A stretch of DNA of 64,000 nucleotides from Octopus vulgaris (lineage: Eukaryota). Made by a program: the position numbers and the translations under genes. The notes under the pieces are model-generated. The model was not told the origin of the DNA. It saw only the letters and a program-made list of their open reading frames with translations, and ran no database searches. The stretch is from assembly GCA_951406725.2 (NCBI GenBank), contig OX597814.1, positions 198,648,001-198,712,000 of the forward strand, read 5' to 3'. Positions 51,878-64,000 of the stretch are shown here, piece after piece; the first letter of the stretch is position 1, and each line of letters starts with the position of its first letter.

Positions 51878-52993
51878 CACGCGCTCACACGTATATATAT
51901 ATATGTGTGTATCTATGTATGTGTAAACTTTGTAGTATTAAATGTCATGAATTTAAGTTTGTTCCAGTTTATGATTACTCTGAGGCATTTCCGATCTTCA
52001 GTAATTAAGACACATTGTATTTCCAATAAAAAAATTGATAAACAGTTTTCTATCTTCTAAACTGTCGTTCTTGACTTGTGACGAGATCACTAGACTCGTC
52101 AGAAGAAACACTGACATAACCAAACAACAATTACAAGTAAATTCGTAAACTCTTTCTCTCCTGTATTCGATTGAACCATTGACATTAAATTCTGTTTTCT
52201 TTATATTTTCCTTTAAATATTTCAGGATCGCCTCGCCGCCTTCTCTAAAGCATTGCATATGTTCGTTATCTTCAAAAACTTGTTAACATTTATATATTAA
52301 GGATATTCATTTTTTATCTATAACTATGCAGATTAAATATTACTTTGTACATAAAATAATATTAAAAAAATTACTTGAAATTCAAACACGAATTTAACTC
52401 GTCATTAAGAGCATTTTATTATTCGAAAATATAACATTACTTTGTCGGGGAGATAATATTGTAAGTGTTAATGTCATATTTACATTCAGATATTTAAAAA
52501 TGTATGAGCTGATACTATATGACGAAAGTAACAGAGAACAATCTCGTTGTAGTTTACCAAACACGCAAATATGAATATACACACCGTTGTCTATCAAAAA
52601 TTTACACATATTCACATCACTCGTTACTATTTTTATCGTTTGAGTTCAAATACCGTTGAGGTAAAATCTATTTTACATTCTTTAGTGGCCGACAAATTAA
52701 AATATCGGGGAATCGACTAACAATCGTCCTCAAAATTGCTGGCCTTGTGCCCAAATTAGAGAGTTATTATAATTATTGAGTGAGACAACAGCACGTACCA
52801 TCACAGTGACGTTGGATCATCATCATTATCCTCCTCCTCCTCCTCCTCCTCCTCCTCATCATCATCATCATCATCATCATCGTCATTGTTATTACTATTT
52901 TGGTTTGGATCAGGTTCGATCTTACTCCTGGTAGGATTTATGTGTGTAGTGGGCTACTACCTGTATCATTAGTTACCCGCAAGTTTTCAGCAA

Positions 52994-53352
52994 TGGTTCC
53001 GGGTTCAGTCCCACTGCGTGGCACCTTGGGCAAGTGTCTTCTACTGTAACCCCGGGCCGACTAAATCCTTGTGAGTGGATTTGGTAGACGGAAACTGAAA
53101 GAAGCCCGTCGTATATATGTATATATATATGTATGTGTGTGTTCGTGTGTCTGTGTTTATCCCCCCCCCCAACATCGCTTGACAACCAATACTGGTATGT
53201 TTACGTCCCCGTAACTTAGCAGTTCGGCAAATGCGGCCGATAGAATAAGTAGTAGGCTTACAAAAGAATAAGTCCTGGGGTCGATTTGCTCGACTACAGG
53301 TGGTGCTCCAGCATGGCCACAATCAAATGACTGAAACAAGTAAAAGAGTAAA
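52994..53352 (+). mobile_element. SINE family A, 5'-clipped
   Basis: Matches the consensus from atggttccgggttcag onward. Confidence 0.88.
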
Positions 53353-54265
53353 ACAAGATTTGGTTGGTACTTCTAGTACGTCGGTCGAGTCTGTTGAGGC
53401 TCCATCGTTGGTTCACAGAGGTTCTTTATAGCGTCGAAGTTAGACCAAAATTTACTTTACAACAGAACAAAGCGGATCTCAAAAACCATACATTGGTAGA
53501 AGAAAAACGAAATCCGTTAGGCATTGATGCTAACTGTTAGAATGGATACTTTGAGTAGCACAGCTAAAAATAAATAATGTCGAGTGGTATCTCTATTGCA
53601 TGTAGCTGAGAGACACACATGTGCTTTAGACATATATTGTTTCTCCTCTTTTCCTTTTCCTTTTTTCTTCCTTGTTTCTTTCTTACTAAACATCGGATCG
53701 ACCATAATGCCAAACTCCTTTTTCTCCGCTTTTCTTTTCCCTACACTGTGCACAATTTTTATGTTATTTTTTTTTTGAGCCTTTACCTGTTGTCCACCAA
53801 CTACTCCTGAAATTTTACCTATCTTGTGTAACCTCTCACGTTGTCCTTGAGTCCGTCTCTTATCTCCTTCGTTTCCTTTGTGTTAATTTTATCCATCATG
53901 TACCTCTAAATGATGTATTCACTAGAGCTCCAATTAGGAACTGGTGGAGGAAAAATATGGGACAGTTTACCAGATGGAAGAGTAGCTTTCTAAGTTTTCA
54001 TACTTAGGGCCAGGCAGTTATCTCCAATGACAGCGAGCGTCTGTCACAGAAAACCCTTTTTATACACATTCTTTGAAATATATGCTCAACGCAAAATGAC
54101 TTGCATTGAGGGGTTGTATTATCCATAAATCAGAAATCTGGTCCGAATACCTTCGGTCAAATACTTATAAGACACCTGCGATGGTCCTAAGCCGAGTGGC
54201 GTATTATCTAAGCTTAAGTTTCTGCTTCCTGTTTTAGTCTTACAAGTTCCCACTAAACTAAGTAA

Positions 54266-54485
54266 TTATGGTTTCAAATCTTAGCACTGGGCCAGGAATA
54301 TCACGAGATGCGGTGGGTAAGTCGATTACATCGACCCCAGTGTTTAACTGGCATTTATGGTATCGATTCTAAAAGGATGAAACACAAAGTCATCCTCAGC
54401 GGAATTTAAACTCAGAACGTAAAGACAGACGAAATGCTGCCAAGCATTTACTCGGCGTGCTTGCGACTCAATCATCTCGCTGCCC
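54266..54485 (-). mobile_element. Older SINE family B copy
   Basis: Diverged reverse complement of head + unit + tail 2. Confidence 0.75.
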
Positions 54486-55503
54486 TGCAAAGTTTAGTAA
54501 TTTTGAAATGACTTCTGCTTGTCATCAAAACTGCCGATGCATTATAATACTTTTTTTTTAATTCTATATATTCGCCTTTAATATTCTTGAATGTACGCTT
54601 GAGATTCACCTCACGTTTTCTAACACATCTATCTAGCTCAATAATTGGCCAGTGTACGATAGATTTTACACAGAGTAGCTCTTTGCTTGATAGATGTCAA
54701 CCATTGTGCATTTTGTGGTATCCATTTAATCCAATTAATTTTACGCCAATTGAAAAGAATTGACTTCAGAATGCTTGAATATTAAACATTGCATACGTGT
54801 TGATCCTTTTAATGATGCTCCTGGAATATGGAGATGTTTTTAAGATCATCATGACCCTATGCATATATTCCTCATCCCGTTTTACTTAGAATTCCTTCTG
54901 GTTATTCCATCGCTCTATTGTACAATCGAATATTTATATCCGAAAATCTCTATTCATTTCGAGTGATGTAATTGCTTTGCTATTGATATAAGTGTTTCCT
55001 TTAGACTGTATTCGCTTTCTTCTATTTATCATATACTTGATGTACTTGTTAATCATACAAAATACATTCAAATTTCTTTATGAAGACTTCACAGAGTTTA
55101 TCAAAGAATACGCATGCTCCTCATATTTGTAGGAAAGTTTATTGTCACCCACCAACATTAAATAGTTATTTTTTTTTTCATTATCTTCGGCATGAAGGTA
55201 CCAGATTTTCGTGCTTTACACACGCAAGTACTCTCTCTCTTTCACACACATACACACACGCAAGTACTCACACACACACACACACACACGCAAATACTCA
55301 CACACACACACACACACACACACGCGCACGCACGTACACACAGAGACTCACATATATATATATGAATGTTAAAATTGTTATTTTAAAGGTTGTTTAAGAA
55401 AAATACATTTACTGATTATGTAACCCTGCACAGAGAATAGAGTCAACTATATTGTGAAGAGAAACTTGATTGGACTTATACATACATATATATATATATA
55501 TAT

Positions 55504-55559
<56 letters not shown>

Positions 55560-55899
55560 GCATAAGTATGTGTGAATACGTTCATATGCGTACTTGTATA
55601 GGTAAGGTGAGGTGCATCGAAATAAAGTAATGGAAAATGAACAAAATGAGACGAGTGTAAATACCTTCTCGTTTGAATTGCAAGCCATTATATTTCCCTC
55701 ACATTTAAGTTTGGCCTACAAAAAAGCCCTTCCGTATCAATGAAGTTCCGTCCTCTAACACAATGAAACAATATTTACTAACTATAATGTCCCTGAAAGT
55801 GAATACAACAGTAAATTATACGGGGAGAGATTCTGATAAAATAGTAAGGTTAGAATTATATATGGGCATAAATCAACATATTAAACGCTACTGGAAACA

Positions 55900-56286
55900 G
55901 GTTCAGGAGTGGCTGTGTGGTAAGTAGCTTGCTTACCAGCCCTATGGTCCAGGGTTCCGTCCCACTGCGTGGCACCTTGGGCATGTAACTTCTACTATAG
56001 TCTCAGGTCAACCAAAGCCTTGTGAGTGGATTTGGTAGACGGAAACTGGAAGAAGCCTGTTGTATATATGTGTGTTTGTGTGTGTATGTGTGTTTGCGTC
56101 CCCCTACCATCGTTTGTCAACCGATATTACTGTGTTTACGTCACCGTAATCTAGCGGTTTGGCAAAGGAGACCGATAGAATAACTTCTCGGCTTGCAAAG
56201 AATAAGTCTTGGGGTCGATCTGTTCGACTCAAGCGGTGCTTCAGCATGGCTGCAGTCAAATGACTGAAACAAATAAATGAATAAAG

Positions 56287-56288
<2 letters not shown>
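55900..56288 (+). mobile_element. SINE family A
   Basis: Full-length match to the consensus. Confidence 0.88.
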
Positions 56289-56356
<68 letters not shown>

Positions 56357-56360
56357 TATA

Positions 56361-56556
56361 CCGGAGTAAGCACATAAATGTGAAACAAGGTGGAGAAAAA
56401 AAGTACTCAAATACCAGAGGTAGAGTAATATGCTTTATTTAAAAGCAGCAGAAATATAACAAAAGCTGTTACTCAGAGTTTCATGTTCCGACGAACGGGA
56501 ACGTGAAACTCTGAGTACCATCTTTAGTTATATTTCTGCTGCTTTTAAATAAAGTA
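56361..56556. mobile_element. Fold-back Penelope-like terminal repeat, family G, with hammerhead-like motif
   Basis: Arms at 56431-56489 / 56497-56556. Plus strand CCGACGA acg ggaa cgt GAAA ctctgag TA at 56488-56517. Embedded in (TA)n. Confidence 0.7.
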
Positions 56557-57108
56557 AATATATATATATATATATATATATCATGATATATTCGGAACGT
56601 GAAAGTAACATGACTGAATCACGTCATGTGGGAGGCTTTGAAGAGCTTATATTGCAATCTGAATTATCCGCAAGTTGATAGAATTCAGCTTGTTTAAACT
56701 AAACGAAAATACAGACATCATCTCTTGAAATGCAATGAAAAGAAATAGATGCGAGACATATAATATAATATGAAACAAGGATTGAAGCAATAAACTAGAA
56801 ACGCTACAAATCGTTCTGTGAAATTATGACATAAAGATGTGATAGATGTACCGTATGTGTCATCCCACCTCCGATGATGAACAGAAACGGGTGTTAGAAT
56901 ATCTCTCCCGAACTTGCTGGCCTTGTGCCAAAAGTTGAAATCGAATATACGAGCAATGTCGTCTAAGGCAGTTGACCGAAAGCCTGTGGGGTTCCAAACT
57001 GGCCTTCGTAGTAAAGACTGGTTATGAAGGCAACCGTTAGTCCCACGATGCCATGGGTCTGCGTCAGGGAAATGTTGATTCAGTGTTGTTAGTAAAAAGG
57101 TGTCTTCT

Positions 57109-57523
57109 TATTTCTTTATTGCCCACAAGGGGCTAAACTTAGAGAGGACAAACAAGGACTGACAAAGGGATTAAGTCGATTATATGAACCCCAGTGCGCA
57201 ACTGGTACTTATTTAATCGACTCCGAAAAGATGAAAGGCAAAGTCGACCTCGCCGGAATTTGAACTCAGAACGCAACGGCAGACGAAATACCTATTTCTT
57301 TACTACCTTCAAGGGGCTAAACACAGAGAAGACAAACAAGGACAGACAAACGGATTAAATCGATTACATCGACCCCAATGCGTAACTGGTACTTAATTTA
57401 TCGACCCCGAAAGGATGAAAGGCAAAGTTAACCTCGGCGGAATTTGAACTCAGAACGTAGCGGTAGACGAAATACCGCTAAGCATTTCGCCCGGTGTGCT
57501 AACGTTTCTGCGAGCTTGCCACC
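57109..57523 (-). mobile_element. SINE family B dimer with ~27-bp flanking duplication
   Basis: agtgttgttagtaaaaaggtgtcttct (57082-57108) vs agtgtttttagtaaaaaaaagtgtcttct (57530-57558). Confidence 0.88.
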
Positions 57524-58003
57524 TTAATTAGTGTTTTTAGTAAAAAAAAGTGTCTTCTATGACTGTGGAGAGACGCACGGTGGATGGTTGGAGTTGCTGC
57601 ATTCGATGGCTGGAACAAACTCAATAACAGGCAGGAAATAGCAGCCTAATTGTCCTTCATTCACAGCCTGGTAAGTCTTTAAAGATGATGCTATCTATGC
57701 GTAAGCATGGCTGTGTTGCTAAAAGGCTCGCTCTACAAATATGGGGTTTCGAGTTCAGTACCACAGCGCGGTACCATGGGAAATTATCTTCTGCTATAAT
57801 CTCGGGCCAGCCAATGCCTTGTGAGTGAATTTGCTAGACGGAAACTTTGTAGAAGACAACCGGGATCCATTTGTTTGAGTAACTCTTTCAAGACATAGCA
57901 CCAGCTTGGCCGCAATCTAGTTATTAAAAAAGTAAACAATAAAAACTATATAATATAATGTAGCATCAGATACATGGTACCTGAAAGAGAAGACAGGATG
58001 ATT

Positions 58004-58312
58004 TTTTTTGTTTGTTCCTTCTCGAGCCATGCCTAGCTCATAAGGGCCGGTTTCCCGGTTTCCTTGGCGTATAGGTTCCCCACCTAGACGGGAGGCCGGT
58101 CCGTCGCAGGTGAGCTGCAAGATGCAGGAGGAAAGAGTGAGAGAAAGTTGTGGCGAAAGAGTCAGCAGAAGTTCGCCATTACCTTCTGCTGGAGCCGTGT
58201 GAAGCTTAGGTGTTTTCGCTCATAAACACACACATCGCTCGGTCTGAGATTCGAACCCGCGATCCCTCGACCGTGAGTCCGCTGCTCTAACCACTAGGCC
58301 ATGTGCCTCCAC
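58004..58312 (-). mobile_element. SINE, D-related subfamily with T3-like tail and TSD
   Basis: aagacag(g/a)atgatt at 57990-58003 and 58313-58326. A deleted copy lies at 62524-62691. Confidence 0.88.
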
Positions 58313-59300
58313 AAGACAGAATGATTGTGGTTATGAGATAAGCCTGCTCGACCAGATCTGACCTGGGGGCGAAGGAACAACAACAACAACAACAACATTT
58401 GCCACAACAATGAAAATGAAACTTTTTCGAGCAAAGTTTATTTCTAAATGAAATATGAAATTACCAAACGGCTGAGTTAATTTTACTCGGAAGATAAATA
58501 TCGATATAATGAACCGGATGAATGAAGATTTACATTTTGTCTCTTCAAATGGACATTCATGGTGCTGTGATCATATATAATGTAGCGTACAAGAAATAGG
58601 AAACGGTTTTGCAGACGTTGAATGCATTCTTGTAAATACTTATTGATTTGTCCTTAATATACCGAGCTGCCTCCTGTTTGTAGCTGTGTCGTATTCTTAT
58701 CATGAACGATTCATAAATCTTTTGCATTTCAAAATACTTAAAATACTGGAATTAATTGTCTTCGGAAATGGAAGATTTGTTTCAAAGATATGTGCTATGT
58801 GCTTTAGAAGCAGTTCTGTTTTATGGTCGCAAATATACGTAATAATTACATAGATATATTCATATGGAAAAACACCCACACGCGAACACACTCTCGCATT
58901 TTTATATATATATATATATATATACATGCATAAATCCACCTCCCACATATATCCATACACTCGCTGACAAATATAAATTCATATTTTACCAAGATACGAT
59001 CGGGAAAAATTGCTTTGCGTTATATCTTCCGACTCATTACATTTTGAATTCAAATCCTGCTGATTTCAAATTCGCCTTTCATCTTTTCAGGATCGATAAA
59101 ATAAAGGGCCAGTGAAGCACTGGAGTCGTTGGGATCGACTTACTCCCTCTCCCCTCAAAATTGATGTTTTTCTGCCTAAATCAGAAAAAAATACTATTAT
59201 TAGTAAGCTAAATAGGCGGCGAGCTGGCAGAATCGTTAGCACACCGGGCGAAATGCTTAGTGTTATTTCGGCTGTCGATACGTTCTGAGTTCAAATTCTC

Positions 59301-59604
59301 CGTAGAAGAAAAAATTCAAATCGGACCATTTTAAGATCAAAAATGATTTACATCAAAAAGGTGTTTTTTTTCTATGAAAATCCCTATTTTTTACGATTTT
59401 TTGACTGCTGTGTCGCCATTTTTCGGTGTCTTTCAACCAGAAACATGTTCACGTAAAGAGAATAACAAGCTTTATAATATGCAAAATTTTTACTTTTCCA
59501 AAAAGATTGAAACTATGTCAAAACTTTGTTAACGCGACATCAAAGTCTGCCGTTTTAAGCGCAACTAAAAAACAAACCCGAGCAACGCCGGGCTATACTG
59601 CTAG
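59301..59604 (+). mobile_element. Helitron 3' part, body type 3
   Basis: Unrelated body ending in the same acaaacccgagcaacgccgggc(t)atactgCTAG|t. Confidence 0.8.
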
Positions 59605-59707
59605 TATATATATATATATAGTTCTAATTTACAGAAAACAAAAGACGAAAGCAGGTGAAGGGACGACAAGTGGGTGTATAAATTTGACGCTTGGGGAAAA
59701 TGGAAAA

Positions 59708-59746
59708 GTTTTTGATGTTTTGAGCCAACGCTCTTCGACAGAAAGG
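59708..59746 (-). ncRNA. Hammerhead-like motif, family F (A6U), G12 mutated
   Basis: cttt CTGTCGA A gagc gttg gctc AAAA ca TC aaaa. Confidence 0.5.
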
Positions 59747-59810
59747 AATGAGAGGGAAAAATCGGAGAGAAAACGAAAGATAACAACCGCGAGAGAAAAA
59801 ATGTGTAGGG

Positions 59811-59867
<57 letters not shown>

Positions 59868-59916
59868 ACATATATATATTTATTTATTTACATACATACA
59901 TTTATATATATAACTT

Positions 59917-60432
59917 AAATATTATTGCAATACAATTATATTCTTGTCCAGCTAAATAAAGCACCATAAGGCAAACAAAGCACCAATGTTTGATGGAAAT
60001 GACAGTTGATAACTGTACGACGCCTTGTAAAACTTTAATAAATGTATATTGGCAAAGATGTGTGTGGGCAGCGAATATAAAAAATGTTCGTCTTATCTCT
60101 AGGAAGAACATCGGATAGATGGACGACATAGAATGGATAATCTAGTACTCGAGTTTCGGTCTTTCCTAAAACGCCTGTTATCGTAAATTCAGTTAGTCAT
60201 TGTCAGCTAGATTCACTGAATGACGAAATTTGAAATATTCGTTACATCAATGACAGTATATACGACTAAACGCCTAGCCGTAAGCAGGACCGAGAGCAGT
60301 GGAGTCTTATATAAAAATTATAAATATTATTGTAATACAATAGTATTATTTTCCAGCTAAATAAAGCCTCGTACGGTTATCGACTGTTACTTCCAGCAAA
60401 CATTGGTGCCTGGTTGTGCCACATTTTCCTAT
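59917..60432. repeat. Repeat with inverted ends, an internal direct repeat and a decayed hammerhead
   Basis: gcaccaatgttt...tgtacga (59980-60020) is inverted to tcgtacgg...aaacattggtgc (60369-60409). 59917-59962 is duplicated at 60323-60367. Minus strand aatctag CTGACAA...GAAA ctcgag TA ctagatt at 60139-60213. Confidence 0.8.
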
Positions 60433-60436
60433 TTAC

Positions 60437-60492
<56 letters not shown>

Positions 60493-60748
60493 TTGTGTGT
60501 GTTTGTGTGAGCATGTTTATCTTTGTTCACATCACGGTTAGACAAACGGTTTTGGTTTCATTACGTCTCTGTAGCCTAGCGGTTCAGCAATAGTGCCCGA
60601 TAGAATAAGTTACAGGCTTAAGCAAAAAGTGCTTATGTCGATTTGCTTGTGATAATAAGACGTTGGGTTCGATTCCTAGGTTGAGAAGCACGTTGCTCAT
60701 GTCTACTCTGTGGAAAATGAGTATCACCCAAGCGACAGCGTCAGCTTA

Positions 60749-60780
<32 letters not shown>

Positions 60781-60972
60781 CGTGTGTGTGTTTGTATGAA
60801 ACATATGTGTGTGTGTGTGTGTGTGTGTATGTGTGTGTGTGTGTGTGTGCATAAAATAGTCATCTATATTTTATGTTTAACGTTACATACACTGATGGGA
60901 GGTAAGATATTACGGTTTTCGAGAGAGATAAAATCTGCCATAGACGAAATAAAATCTCGTATATCATCTTCG

Positions 60973-61054
<82 letters not shown>

Positions 61055-61352
61055 GTGTGTGTGTAAGTCACACAAATCTACTCTGGAAGGAAGAGGACAT
61101 CGGAGATTTTAATCTCACCTATGAGAGATATTCATCTTAGGCAAAAACTGCAGTAACTTGCCTGTCAACAGTGTTTATACGTTAGAGATGATGCTTAGAT
61201 AGCTCCTTTGATTTATTGCTGCTTCAGCTCCGTACAATGACTTTATGTATCTGTATACATATGTGTATATATATACATATATATGTATGCTTATATATGT
61301 GTATGTATATATGTATGTTTATATACATTCATATGCATATACTTATATGTAT

Positions 61353-61585
61353 GCGCATGGCTCAGTGGTTAGAGCATCGGGTTTACAATCGTGAGGTTGT
61401 GAGTTCGATTCCTGGACAGGGCTCTGCGTTGCATTCTTGAGCGAGACATTTTATTTCATGTTGCTTCAGCTCACTCAGCTGTAGAAATGAGTTGCGACGT
61501 CACCAAGCTCTATCGGCCTTTCCCTTTCCCGTGGATAACATCAGTGGTGTGGAGAGGGGAGGCTAGTATGCATGGGTGACTGCTC
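61353..61585 (+). mobile_element. SINE with family E-like head/CORE and a different tail
   Basis: tggctcagtggttagagc...gagttcgattcc...ttcttgagc...cactcagctgtagaaatgagt, followed by a distinct tail. Confidence 0.75.
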
Positions 61586-62222
61586 ATGCAGAGCACGGAG
61601 GCTCGATTATCTGCATAGAGGTTAAAGTATTATCAACACATAGAACTGGCACGACACTTAGATCACAAAGGCTACACACATAGGAGTAGACAGACCGAGC
61701 CTCAATAGAAAACACGAAATGAACAGTAACACCTACCACCACACCACACCACACCACACCACACCACACCACATGACTAAAGACAGACTAAAGACAGAAG
61801 GGATGAGAAGGGATGGGAAACAATATTGTAAATAATACACAGAAACATACAGGGTAATACACACATGCAATAGACATATATGATCACTTACCTGTGATAC
61901 TTATGAGAAATAGAGATTTATAGAGGTAGGAGTGGCTATGTGGTAAGTAGCTTGCTTACCAACCACTTGGTTCCGGGTTCAGTCCCTCTGCGTGGCACAT
62001 TGGGCCTCGGCCCTACCAAAGCCTTGTGAGTGGATTTGGTAGACGGAAACTGAAAGAATCCCATCGTGTATATATATATATATATATATAAATGTATGTA
62101 TAAAAATACAAACTGGGACAACAACGCAAAACATTTAGAAGACGATACAAAAAACACAGACGAGACATTCGAAGCCTTCAATCTTCAGTCAAGAACCGGA
62201 TCATCCTCGCAATTTCGGCTAT

Positions 62223-62526
62223 ACCGGAGTCAGCACATAAATCTGAAACAAGGTGGGAAAAAGAGTACTCAAATACCAGAGGTAGAGTAATATGCTTTAT
62301 TTAAAAGCATATTAATTTATTTAAAAGCATTTAAAAATGTAACAAAAGCTGTAACTCGGAGTTTCATGAACCCGTTCGTCGGGCAGTTTTGTTAAAAAAA
62401 AAGTGAAACTCCGAGTAACAGCTTTTGTTACATTTCTGCTGCTTTTAAATAAAGCATATTACTCTACCTCTGGTATTTGAGTACTCTTTTTTCCACCTTG
62501 TTTCACATTTATGTGCTTACTCTGGT
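62223..62526. mobile_element. Fold-back element, family G (arms ~125-145 bp)
   Basis: Arms at 62223-62367 / 62403-62526. Minus strand ctgc CCGACGA acgggttcat GAAA ctccgag TT acag at 62349-62386. Confidence 0.8.
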
Positions 62527-62704
62527 CCGTCACAGGTGAGCTGCTTGATGCGGGAGGAAAGAGTGAGAGAAAGTTTTGCCGAAAGAGTCAACAGAAGTTC
62601 GCCATTACCTTCTGCCGGAGCCGCGTGGAGCTTAGATTCTGAGATTCGAACCCGCGAGTTCGCTGCTCTAACCACTAGGCCATGTGCCACCACACACACA
62701 CACA

Positions 62705-62746
<42 letters not shown>

Positions 62747-62751
<5 letters not shown>

Positions 62752-62902
62752 AGGAGTGACTGTGTGGTAAGTAGCTTGCTTACCAGCCACATGGTTCCGG
62801 GTTCAGTCCCACTGTGTGGCACCTTGGGCAAGAGTCTTCTTCTATAGCCTCGGGCCGATCAAAGCCTTGTAAGTAGATAGATGGGAACTGAAAGAAGCCC
62901 GT

Positions 62903-62957
<55 letters not shown>

Positions 62958-63102
62958 TTGCTTGACAATAATACCACCTTGGATTCAGGACCCCTATCAT
63001 TGCTTGACAATCGATGCTGGTGTGTTTACGTCCCCGTAAACTAGCGCTCCGACACAAGAGACCAATAGAATAAGTACTCGGCTTACAAAGAATAAGTCCT
63101 GG
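62747..63102 (+). mobile_element. SINE family A, 3'-clipped
   Basis: Consensus match, with a duplicated tatcattgcttgacaat inside. Confidence 0.8.
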
Positions 63103-63199
63103 TGTTGGTTTTCCTGATCGTTTCGAGTATGTCCCAAGAATATTTGAACAGGCATCACTCTCTCTCGCTCTCTGTATATATATATATATATGTGACGAT

Positions 63200-63545
63200 C
63201 GATAAAGTGATTCACAACGACCTTTTTATGTGCACCGTTTTTGACAGGCCATGTCTTTCTTTTGTTAGGCTCAAATATAATAATCTGCCTATATGTCTGT
63301 GCACACTTTTCAGTGTAATGTATGGCAGGTCTGCAAATCTAACAGAGGCCTCAAGAGATATTATAAGATCCACAAAGATCAGACAGAATTTAACTTAAGC
63401 TCTTGGGGGTCCAAATCGGATATGCAATCTATGTGGGTGTCTTTTCAAAACATTGGTTTAAAAAGCCACATCAGATGCCATGATGGTTTTAAGGTGTAGG
63501 TACAGGAGATGGTCTTGAACCTTACAAAGGTCCTGACAATTAATT
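63200..63545 (+). pseudogene. Probable RTE-clade LINE 3' end with three decayed C2H2 fingers
   Basis: FMCTVFDRPCLSFVRLK, FQCNV..VCKSNRGLKRYYKIH and ICNLCGCLFKT/GLKSHIRCH resemble the CxxC..C.S..GL.SH.R.H motif at RTE ORF C-termini. Confidence 0.6.
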
Positions 63546-63633
63546 TGTCGTATTTACATACCGAATTTTACCGGTAAATAATTGTTGGTTACATGAAAAA
63601 CCACAGGAAAATTATTTACCATTTTTATTGCAT

Positions 63634-63667
<34 letters not shown>

Positions 63668-63687
63668 GAGGGAAATAGAGATACATA

Positions 63688-63797
<110 letters not shown>

Positions 63798-63799
63798 AT

Positions 63800-63879
<80 letters not shown>

Positions 63880-63884
<5 letters not shown>

Positions 63885-64000
63885 GTATATGTGTATCTGT
63901 GTTTTTCCCCACCAACATCGTTGACAAGCGATGCTGGTGTGTTTACGTCCTCGTAACTAGCAGTTCGTCAAAAGGAACCAATAGAATAAGTACTAGGCTT
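63880..64000 (+). mobile_element. SINE family A 3' half (runs off the window)
   Basis: ccaacatcgttgacaagcgatgctggtgtgtttacgtcc...aagtactaggctt. Confidence 0.85.

Overview
AT-rich, microsatellite-dense eukaryotic non-coding DNA (intronic or intergenic). The repeat repertoire suggests an octopus/cephalopod genome; this is inferred from recalled SINE families, not from a search. No intact host protein-coding gene is supportable, and most ORFs in the track are microsatellite or SINE artefacts. The window is mostly transposable elements: dozens of tRNA-derived SINEs (labelled here families A, B, D, E), at least seven non-autonomous Helitron segments sharing one 3' terminator, a deleted DD37D (maT) transposon, a hAT MITE, two 5'-truncated L1/Tx1-like LINEs, a deleted Gypsy pol, an RTE-like 3' end, and a Penelope GIY-YIG remnant. 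Four things stand out. (1) About 14 hammerhead-ribozyme motifs lie in Penelope-type repeats, including two families with recurring non-canonical cores (A6U, U4C). (2) Both Tx1-like LINEs end in the 3' tail of SINE family B, pointing to a LINE-SINE partnership. (3) One SINE head carries at least four different tails joined at the same breakpoint. (4) Concatemeric SINEs sit inside single target-site duplications. Coordinates were read by eye and element ends may be off by a few bases.
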